From positions 32,001 to 96,000 of the IMG/VR virus record IMGVR_UViG_3300002144_000477: a DNA stretch of 64,000 nt; one strand, written 5' to 3'. The position numbers were made by a program, and so were the translations under genes. The DNA comes from a virus. The notes beneath the pieces are model-generated. The model was given only the letters and a program-made list of their open reading frames with translations, did no database searches and had not been told where the DNA came from. Position 1 is the first letter of the stretch. Each line of letters opens with the position of its first letter. Shown here one piece after another: positions 56,861-64,000 of this stretch.

Positions 56861-58684
56861 ATGGCATACGTTATTAATAAAACAAACGGCGACATTTTAC
56901 TAAATTTGCCAGACGGGGCACTTGATAATAGCACCGGCTTATCGTTAGTAGGACGTAACTATGTTGGATACGGTGAATTGCAACAAGAGAACTTAGTTAA
57001 GTTACTCGAGAATTTTGCCAATGGTGTCCGACCTAGTACAGCGCTACCTGGACAGTTATGGTATGACACTACTGTCGGGCAGTTAAAGTACTATAACGGC
57101 AGTGTGTTTAAACCTATTAGCAACTTATCTATTAGCTCAGAGTTGTCTAAACCAACTAACGTAGTAGTTGGCGACCAATGGTTTAACACTGACCAAAACG
57201 AATTTTATATATGGAACGGAGACTCTTGGACACAAATTGGACCAACAGATTTATCTAAGTTATCAGAAATTAGAATTACTGGCACATTAGCGTCTGAATT
57301 TGACCTCCCTGCTGGCGTAGGTGTTGTAGCAGGAACATCGTATTTGATTGCAGGTGACTTATGGGTATGGGATACCGAGCGATGGTCTAACGTTGGTCAG
57401 GTAAGAGGCCCACGAGGTGACGCTGGTCCACAGGGCCCTACAGGTGAGCAAGGACCACGAGGCCCAGTTGGGTCTGAGGGTGCAATGGGCATTCAGGGCT
57501 TACGTGGCCCACAGGGTGTTCAAGGACCGCAAGGCATCACCGGACTCCAAGGACCGCAAGGCGTCAAAGGCGACGAGGGCACTGACGGTACATCGGTCAA
57601 TATTTTAGGAGCATTAGCTAGCTCTGCTGAATTACCTGTTACAGGAAACCCAGGCGATGCATATCTGATTTTAGGTAATTTATGGGTCTGGTCCGGGTCC
57701 GGTACATGGGAAGATGTAGGAAACATTAAAGGCCCGCAGGGAAATCCAGGCGCAACAGGACCTCAGGGTGCACAAGGTGTACAAGGTCCCAATGGCAATG
57801 CCGGACCGCAAGGGGTCCAGGGACCGCAAGGAACAATTGGACCGCAAGGTAATCAGGGACCTGCTGGTCCACAAGGGCCTGCAGGCCCTCAAGGTCCCAC
57901 GGGCGATACTGGATCGCAAGGTGCAACCGGAGCGCAAGGTTCAACAGGTCCAGCTGGTCCAGTAGGCCCGCAAGGAAATGTAGGACCAGCGGGTCCGGTT
58001 GGAACGACTGCATGGGCAGACCTGACTGGCATACCTAATTTTGCTGGTGTAGCAACAAGCGGTGATTATGGTGACTTAATAAATAGGCCAGGGCTGTCAG
58101 CAGTTGCAACAAGCGGCAGTTATACCGATCTAGCTGACAAACCAATATTAAATTTTATTCCAATAACTGGCTCTGCTAGTTTAACAGGAAGTTTAACTCC
58201 GGCTGTAACTGCTATTAGCGATATGGGTACATCTTCTAAAAGGTGGAACAATATATATGCAGAGACATTCAACGGAACTGCAACTAGAGCACAGTATGCC
58301 GACGTAGCAGAACGATTTGAAGCTGACGCAGTTTACAAACCTGGAACAGTAGTATCACTTGGCGGAACGAAAGAAATCACTGCATCATTAGGCGATGCTA
58401 GTGAAGATGTATTTGGTGTTATTAGCACAAGTCCAGCACACTTAATGAATGCTGAAGCAGGGTCCGATACTACTCACCCAGCTGTTGCTATCGGTGGGCG
58501 AGTACCAGTTAATGTAGTTGGGCCAGTTGCAAAAGGTCAGCGATTAGTTAGTGCTGGGAATGGGTTAGCAAGAGGTGCCGATCGTAACGAAATCACGAAC
58601 TTAAATGTAATAGGGCGTAGCTTAGAAACTAAAACAACAAGCGACATTGGAACCATTGAAGCTATTGTACGAATAAACACATAA
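56861..58684 (+). CDS. Collagen-repeat tail fibre with C-terminal Peptidase_G2-like chaperone domain, 607 aa
   Basis: N-terminal GRNY.GYG...ENFA...GQLW module, two Gly-X-Y tracts, [10 protein letters not shown] domain. Confidence 0.85.
   Translation: MAYVINKTNGDILLNLPDGALDNSTGLSLVGRNYVGYGELQQENLVKLLENFANGVRPSTALPGQLWYDTTVGQLKYYNGSVFKPISNLSISSELSKPTNVVVGDQWFNTDQNEFYIWNGDSWTQIGPTDLSKLSEIRITGTLASEFDLPAGVGVVAGTSYLIAGDLWVWDTERWSNVGQVRGPRGDAGPQGPTGEQGPRGPVGSEGAMGIQGLRGPQGVQGPQGITGLQGPQGVKGDEGTDGTSVNILGALASSAELPVTGNPGDAYLILGNLWVWSGSGTWEDVGNIKGPQGNPGATGPQGAQGVQGPNGNAGPQGVQGPQGTIGPQGNQGPAGPQGPAGPQGPTGDTGSQGATGAQGSTGPAGPVGPQGNVGPAGPVGTTAWADLTGIPNFAGVATSGDYGDLINRPGLSAVATSGSYTDLADKPILNFIPITGSASLTGSLTPAVTAISDMGTSSKRWNNIYAETFNGTATRAQYADVAERFEADAVYKPGTVVSLGGTKEITASLGDASEDVFGVISTSPAHLMNAEAGSDTTHPAVAIGGRVPVNVVGPVAKGQRLVSAGNGLARGADRNEITNLNVIGRSLETKTTSDIGTIEAIVRINT
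57407..58003 (+). repeat. Collagen-like Gly-X-Y tracts (about 57407-57589 and 57731-58003)
   Basis: GPQ/GPA/GAT triplets separated by a duplicated YLI.G.LWVW knuckle. Confidence 0.9.
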
Positions 58685-58692
58685 GGTATTGC

Positions 58693-59628
58693 ATGGCTAA
58701 CACAGTTACTAAATTGTTTCGTACTGCTGGAGTATTTCAGATTACTATCCCCAACGGAGTGAATGCTACAATTGACTACAAAATATGGGGAGCAGGTGGC
58801 GCAGCGGGAGGTGTTGACGGCAATGGCCCGCAAGGCAACGGAGCGTCGGGTGCATATACTGATGGGACATTATTAGCACGAAGTGGTGATGAACTGCTAA
58901 TAGCAGTTGGTGAAGCAGGCAAGCCTGGCACATCAGGGACAGGCTCCGGTGGTGGTGCAGGCGGTCGGAGTTTTTTTGGTCATGGAGGGGGCAGAGGCGG
59001 CAATGCAGGCGCTGCTGGCTGGTCCGGCGGCGGTGCAGGAGGCGGTGGCGCCTCGGTGATTGTAGTTAACCAAGGTATTGTTGCAATCGCTGGTGGTGGT
59101 GGCGGTGGTGGTGGTGGCAGCCATAATCGATCTGGCACCAATGGAAGAAATACACAAACAGCAACTACAGGATCGTACGGTAAACCTGGAATAAATATGG
59201 GCGGTGACGGCGCTGGCGGCGGTGGAGGTGGAGGCGGAGTACTAGGCGGCGTCGGCGGTGCATCAGGCCGAGATAATTCGGTAGGTGGGCAAGGTGGCGC
59301 CACTGGAACTGGCGGAACGCCCGGAACTAACGCTACACCGGTTAACACAGAATCCGTTGTTTGGGTCCCTCCTGCAGGATTAGGAGGCACAGGCGCGTCA
59401 GGTCAAGCTGGTAACGGATTAGTGCATTTAGAAATCACAATAACTGGATTTGGCAAAGTAAAAGTTAATAGTGACTGGCATGACGTTGATACCATTTATG
59501 TAAAAGAGCAAAATCTGTGGAAGCCAGTTAAAGACATGTATGTTAAAGAGAATGGGAAATGGGTTAATGTTGCAGTTGACCTTGGCAAACTAGCGGTGTT
59601 ACCAGCAAAGTCGTTTTTTGCTAATTAA
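58693..59628 (+). CDS. Glycine-rich (polyglycine II-type) fibre/adhesin-like protein, 311 aa
   Basis: WGAGG, GGGGAS, AGGGGGGG motifs; Trp-repeat C-terminus (YVKE..W). Confidence 0.7.
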   Translation: MANTVTKLFRTAGVFQITIPNGVNATIDYKIWGAGGAAGGVDGNGPQGNGASGAYTDGTLLARSGDELLIAVGEAGKPGTSGTGSGGGAGGRSFFGHGGGRGGNAGAAGWSGGGAGGGGASVIVVNQGIVAIAGGGGGGGGGSHNRSGTNGRNTQTATTGSYGKPGINMGGDGAGGGGGGGGVLGGVGGASGRDNSVGGQGGATGTGGTPGTNATPVNTESVVWVPPAGLGGTGASGQAGNGLVHLEITITGFGKVKVNSDWHDVDTIYVKEQNLWKPVKDMYVKENGKWVNVAVDLGKLAVLPAKSFFAN

Positions 59629-59635
59629 GCACAGG

Positions 59636-59642
59636 ATAAATA
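59636..59642 (+). promoter_or_regulatory. Late promoter GATAAATA
   Basis: Upstream of 59672. Confidence 0.7.
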
Positions 59643-59671
59643 CATTATTACTATTATAAAGCAGGATTACA

Positions 59672-61171
59672 ATGGACATTTACAAGAGTAACGGAGAACT
59701 TTTTACTTCTCTAGCCGACGGCACAACTAGCACAGTAAACGATGCGCCGGTTATTCTTGCTGGTCGCAACTTTGCAGGTTACGGCAAGATGCTAAACGAG
59801 AATCAACTACGCCTGGCAGAAAACTTTGCAAGTGATACACCGCCCCCAGGCAGCATAGTTGGTCAATTATGGTTTAACACACAAACTAATAGTTTGTCTG
59901 TGTATAGAAGTGACACAGTTGGGTACAAGGATTTATCAGTACAAACAATCACCAACCAAATGCCTACGCAAGCAGAAGTAGGAGATTTATGGTTTGACAC
60001 CATTGCTGACCAACTAAAAGTGTATGCTAGTAACACGTGGAAAGTAGTTGGTCCATTATACGATAAGAACTTAGGGCAATCGGGTATTGTCCCGGCCGTT
60101 GTTACTGATATTAATGCAATAGATCATGTGATCTCGCAGGTAATGCGAGCAGGTAATATAGTTGCAATTATTTCCGCCGCGGAATTTATCCCTAATAACT
60201 CAATCGCTGGATTTGATACTATCCGAGTTGGTATCAACGCAAGTAGTCTACTAGCAGGAACAGGATTTATGTTCCATGGCAAATCGGCAGACAGCTTGGC
60301 GTTAGGTAATACTCCTGCAAACATGTTTGTTCGCAAAGATCAAGATTCGGTTATTAACGCAGATGTGCATGTTAACGGTAAGTCAACTGTTAAGACGTAC
60401 TTAACACTAGATCTTCAGCCTACTACAAATAAAGCCCAGCTAGCCAACACATACGACAATGCGGACCTAGAGTTATTAGTAACTACTAACGGAGTAACTA
60501 GTCCAGCGATTACTATCGAAGGTGCTACTGCTGAAGCACAAGTAGCAAATGAGCCACAAACAGATCGCGGAATTAGCTCAAAACATTACGTTGACTCTGC
60601 AATACAAGCAATACAAGCGGCAGTAGACCAGCAAGTAGCGGGTATTACCGGCACGTTGCAACGTGACGTAGATTCGCTAACAGTGCGTATGTTGCAAGCT
60701 GAAGTAGAAGTTCGCACAAATGTTGGGCGTATGGATAATTTTGATACTGCATTACTAACAAAAGCAAACATTATTTCGCCAGAGTTTGTTGGTGTCCCTA
60801 CTGCACAAACGCCAGGGCTAGCATCAAACGATACTAGTTTAGCAACTACAGAATGGGTTAGAAGTACGAACGACACTTTACGTGAGGAAATAGCTAGTAC
60901 AACAACCATATCGATCGGAGCACTGAGTGCGGCACTAACCACTGAAGTAGCTAAGAAAGCACCGAGAAACAGTCCGGTGTTAACCGGCGAACCGAGGTCG
61001 ACTAACCCTGATCCGGTTGATAGTAGCACTAGAATTGCTACTACAGAATTTGTAAAACAAACGGTAAAGCAGAGTGCAAAATGGCAAGGCTCTAGCAGAG
61101 TAATATCATATGATGCACCTGCGCCAGCCGACGGAGTTGACGGGGATTTTTGGTTCGTTATCGGAACCTAA
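59672..61171 (+). CDS. Tail fibre paralog, 499 aa
   Basis: Same N-terminal module as 56861; SP.FVG.PTA.T...LATTEWV repeats. Confidence 0.75.
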   Translation: MDIYKSNGELFTSLADGTTSTVNDAPVILAGRNFAGYGKMLNENQLRLAENFASDTPPPGSIVGQLWFNTQTNSLSVYRSDTVGYKDLSVQTITNQMPTQAEVGDLWFDTIADQLKVYASNTWKVVGPLYDKNLGQSGIVPAVVTDINAIDHVISQVMRAGNIVAIISAAEFIPNNSIAGFDTIRVGINASSLLAGTGFMFHGKSADSLALGNTPANMFVRKDQDSVINADVHVNGKSTVKTYLTLDLQPTTNKAQLANTYDNADLELLVTTNGVTSPAITIEGATAEAQVANEPQTDRGISSKHYVDSAIQAIQAAVDQQVAGITGTLQRDVDSLTVRMLQAEVEVRTNVGRMDNFDTALLTKANIISPEFVGVPTAQTPGLASNDTSLATTEWVRSTNDTLREEIASTTTISIGALSAALTTEVAKKAPRNSPVLTGEPRSTNPDPVDSSTRIATTEFVKQTVKQSAKWQGSSRVISYDAPAPADGVDGDFWFVIGT

Positions 61172-61183
61172 CTTTCAATTAAG

Positions 61184-61190
61184 ATAAATA
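61184..61190 (+). promoter_or_regulatory. Late promoter GATAAATA
   Basis: Upstream of 61224. Confidence 0.7.
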
Positions 61191-61223
61191 AAAGCAATAA
61201 GTACTCGACGGAGACACAGGAAT

Positions 61224-62768
61224 ATGCCATATACAATCACTAAAACAGACGGAACGACACTACTAAACCTAGCAGATGGTCTAACCGACGAAGCAACCAC
61301 AAGTTTGGTTCTAATCGGTAAAAACTATTCAGGTTACGGTGCGTTTCTGAACCAAAACTTTATTAAGTTATTGGAAAATTTTTCAAATACTCAAGCACCA
61401 GACGATCCTCTAAGAGGCCAGTTATGGTGGGATAATGCAAATCAGCTACTAAAAGTGTTCCAAGGCACAAACTGGAAAGTTATCTCTAGCTCAATGAGTA
61501 GCCCACAAGCACCTGCATCACCCGTTGTTGGTGACCTATGGTGGGACACTACTAATACGCAATTAAAAGTCTATGGCGGAACAAGCTGGGTTACAATTGG
61601 ACCTGCCTTCACAGCAACATCCGGACAGACTGGCGCAGTAGCTGATATTATTGCAGATAATACACCAAGTGCGGCAACACACGTAGTAGTTAAGTTCTTT
61701 GTTAACAATCAGTTAACAGCAATTTTAAGTCGTGATGCAGAATTTAGCCCATTAACCGGTGCTAGTGCACCTGGCTTTACTACTATTAAAACAGGCTTTA
61801 ACTTAAGTTCAGCAATCAGTGGATTAAAGTACTGGGGTGATGCAGATAACGCTTCGAACTTAAACGGTGTTGCGGCAAACTTGTATGCTAAACTTAATGG
61901 CACAACAGCATTTACTGAAGCACAAACAATTCAAAACAACAGTGGATTAACTGTTGGTCTAAGTGGCGACCTAAAGCTAACCACTGGATCTGGTGCAAGC
62001 AACATTACTAGCGTAACAAACGGAAACGCATTAGACTTTTATGTTAAGGTAAACAACGCAAACACTAAAGTGCTATCACTAACAGGTGCTGGCCGCGTTG
62101 AAGTCCCAATTGGTAAGCCAACTACAAATAATGGTATTGCTACAAAATTATATGTCGATGACGAAATTACAGCACTAACACAGGCTATTGCAGGTGCAGG
62201 TGGTTCGATTGGTGATATTCAATCCGAGCTAGCTACTTTCTTAAAGAAAGATGGATCAAATACAATTAACGGAAGTATTAGAGTTGCAGTTGGTAACAGC
62301 TTTAACTTAGGAAATGCGACCCACAAGTTTAGCACAGTTTATGCTACAACATTCAGCGGAACTTCAACTACTGCACAGTACGCTGACTTAGCAGAACGCT
62401 TCGAAGCTGACCAGCCATATGATGCTGGTACAGTTGTTTCGTTAGGTGGAGAAAAAGAAATTACAACCACTGTTAACGAATTAAGTGATGACGTATTTGG
62501 CGTGGTGAGTACCCAAGCCGCTTACTTAATGAATGCCGATGCAGGTGATAACCAAACACACCCAGCAATTGCTGTGAGTGGACGGGTTCCAGTAAAAGTA
62601 ATTGGGATGGTTAAAAAGGGTGACAGATTAGTTAGTGCTGGCAATGGTCGTGCTAGAGCCGCTTTTAAAGATGAGATTACACCTTGGAATGTGATCGGAA
62701 GATCACTTCAAACTAAAAATACAACTGGCGAAGGTACAGTTGAGGCAATTGTCAAATTAAGTTCATAA
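61224..62768 (+). CDS. Tail fibre paralog with C-terminal Peptidase_G2-like domain, 514 aa
   Basis: Same N-terminal module; AQYADLAERF domain. Confidence 0.8.
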   Translation: MPYTITKTDGTTLLNLADGLTDEATTSLVLIGKNYSGYGAFLNQNFIKLLENFSNTQAPDDPLRGQLWWDNANQLLKVFQGTNWKVISSSMSSPQAPASPVVGDLWWDTTNTQLKVYGGTSWVTIGPAFTATSGQTGAVADIIADNTPSAATHVVVKFFVNNQLTAILSRDAEFSPLTGASAPGFTTIKTGFNLSSAISGLKYWGDADNASNLNGVAANLYAKLNGTTAFTEAQTIQNNSGLTVGLSGDLKLTTGSGASNITSVTNGNALDFYVKVNNANTKVLSLTGAGRVEVPIGKPTTNNGIATKLYVDDEITALTQAIAGAGGSIGDIQSELATFLKKDGSNTINGSIRVAVGNSFNLGNATHKFSTVYATTFSGTSTTAQYADLAERFEADQPYDAGTVVSLGGEKEITTTVNELSDDVFGVVSTQAAYLMNADAGDNQTHPAIAVSGRVPVKVIGMVKKGDRLVSAGNGRARAAFKDEITPWNVIGRSLQTKNTTGEGTVEAIVKLSS

Positions 62769-62780
62769 GGGTAAAAAACA

Positions 62781-63710
62781 ATGACATATTCATCGGGCGG
62801 ATTAATCCAAGCACTAGACTATAATACCTTTGCGCAAGGCGGTGCTAGTGTAAATCATAATGTTGCAAACGTTAACACTGTATGGGGTGTTGGTAATGGT
62901 AACAAAGGGTACGGCCAAACTTCGACTCTTTCTGCTGTTGCAGCCGGAAATACAGTAACTGCTACACAATGGTCAACATTGATTGCACGTTTAAACTCAG
63001 TACTATCACACCAGTCTGGTGCAGGTACAGGTATTACTCAGCCAACTGCCGGTAACACTGTTACTTACTTAAGCGCATTAGCTGGTAAAGTAACTACTGC
63101 ATACAATAATCGGTTATTGCATGCAACAAACGGTACTGATATCGCTGCCGCTGGTAGTGTAAACACATCGTTTACACAAGATACCGGATCACTAACTATT
63201 ACTAGAACTGTTACGTTCAGCAGTGGCGATACCGCTCGCTATTTCTTTAATGCAGGCGGAACATTAATTTTTAACTTTGCTGGCACTAACGTTGCTGGCA
63301 ACGCCAAAGGTAACGACTGGGTTTCATTAATTAACACCAAATTGGGTAGCATTATAGTTGATGGACTTACTAACAGTCGCACCGGTACAGGTGGTAGTGT
63401 TGTTAGTTCTAACGGTAGCTTAGGTTACTGGAATGCAGGCACAAGTAATGCTGCCATTATGGAATTAACTAGTGCAGTAGGTACAGCAGATTACGGAAGT
63501 AACAAAGTCAACCTTTACATCAAAACAAATGGCGTACAAGGTGCAAATGGCGACGTAGGTAGCTCAATCTCTCTTGTTGCAGTGTTTACTGACGTTGCAG
63601 CCGACAGTTTCGATGATGCGGTCAACGTTACTATTAACACTACAGTAACACAACGCCCACCATCAACCGCTTACCTAACTAATACATGGGGTACACCTAC
63701 ATATAGTTAA
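62781..63710 (+). CDS. Virion structural protein, 309 aa
   Basis: Thr/Gly/Asn-rich, GYGQ and RYFFNAGG motifs, last gene of the late operon. Confidence 0.7.
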   Translation: MTYSSGGLIQALDYNTFAQGGASVNHNVANVNTVWGVGNGNKGYGQTSTLSAVAAGNTVTATQWSTLIARLNSVLSHQSGAGTGITQPTAGNTVTYLSALAGKVTTAYNNRLLHATNGTDIAAAGSVNTSFTQDTGSLTITRTVTFSSGDTARYFFNAGGTLIFNFAGTNVAGNAKGNDWVSLINTKLGSIIVDGLTNSRTGTGGSVVSSNGSLGYWNAGTSNAAIMELTSAVGTADYGSNKVNLYIKTNGVQGANGDVGSSISLVAVFTDVAADSFDDAVNVTINTTVTQRPPSTAYLTNTWGTPTYS

Positions 63711-63737
63711 TTTGGTAAATTTTTTTACTAAAACATC

Positions 63738-63766
63738 AAAAAGCCACTTGCAAAAGTGGCTTTTTT
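63738..63766 (+). terminator. Rho-independent (potentially bidirectional) terminator
   Basis: AAAAAGCCACT-TGCAAA-AGTGGCTTTTTT. Confidence 0.85.
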
Positions 63767-63776
63767 GTTATATAAT
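63748..63776 (+). promoter_or_regulatory. Sigma70 promoter TTGCAA-N17-TATAAT
   Basis: -35 at 63748-63753, -10 at 63771-63776. Confidence 0.8.
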
Positions 63777-63782
63777 ACTGGT

Positions 63783-64000
63783 ATGAGCGAAATTAATAAA
63801 CTAGTAGAACGTGTTAAGCTGGCTACAAAATACCAGGCTAACAAACGAACATTAAAAGAAACTATTACAGCCGAGCTACATTTACCATTCAATGGCGGAT
63901 TGTTTATGCTAAGTCCGGCATTGTTGGCATTTGTTAGCACTTGGCCAGACCCAACTCTATTCATCGAAGATGCATACGAGAACCCCATTGAAGTAAATCG
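63783..64000 (+). CDS. Hypothetical protein (runs off the window)
   Basis: ATG 63783 MSEINKLVERVKLATKYQANKRTLKE...FNGGLF...DAYENPIEVN, open to the end; directly behind the sigma70 promoter. Confidence 0.75.
   Translation, partial: MSEINKLVERVKLATKYQANKRTLKETITAELHLPFNGGLFMLSPALLAFVSTWPDPTLFIEDAYENPIEVN

Noticed and set aside
63728-63988. Minus-strand 86-aa ORF
   Set aside because: Shadow of the plus-strand gene at 63783, which has a consensus promoter
1-64000. Stop-codon reassignment, inteins or tRNA genes
   Set aside because: Core genes are full length in the standard code with dense packing; no intein-sized insertions in gp20/gp23/gp46/gp47; no cloverleaf seen in the short intergenic gaps

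Overview
This 64-kb window comes from a large T4-like (gp23/gp20/gp55-type) tailed myophage genome using the standard genetic code; I saw no tRNA, rRNA or CRISPR. Left arm (minus strand, 1-22685, in transcription order): tape-measure-like gene, portal gp20, two small or acidic core proteins, protease gp21, scaffold gp22 and major capsid gp23. These are followed by about 14 kb of modular fibre/appendage genes (PKD domains, G-[ND]-[VL]-T tetrapeptide arrays, a C-terminal autocleaving chaperone domain). Middle: a plus-strand gp26-like/gp51-like pair that appears joined by a -1 frameshift site (T TTT TTC). It converges on a minus-strand operon of gp55 late sigma, gp47, gp46, two radical SAM enzymes, a hypothetical protein and a GIY-YIG nuclease. 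Right arm (plus strand, 31549-63710): baseplate module (gp48/54-like, gp53, hub, gp5 with C-terminal lysozyme-like domain, gp25, gp6, a 4382-aa wedge protein) and paralogous fibre genes. Late promoters (ATAAATA/GTAAATA), UUCG terminators and two sigma70 promoters are readable. The most notable element is the roughly 650-bp ORF-free gap at 23863-24508, directly downstream of the GIY-YIG gene. It holds a decayed copy of that gene's 3' end and a roughly 420-nt, strand-specific, highly structured RNA-like element (GNRA loops, G-U-rich stems, a pseudoknot, two identical box-N8-box units). It ends in two GNNA-loop hairpins, one with sheared G.A pairs. This is a candidate undescribed nuclease-associated ncRNA or RNA-primed origin. 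All product calls come from motif recognition by eye; no searches were run.
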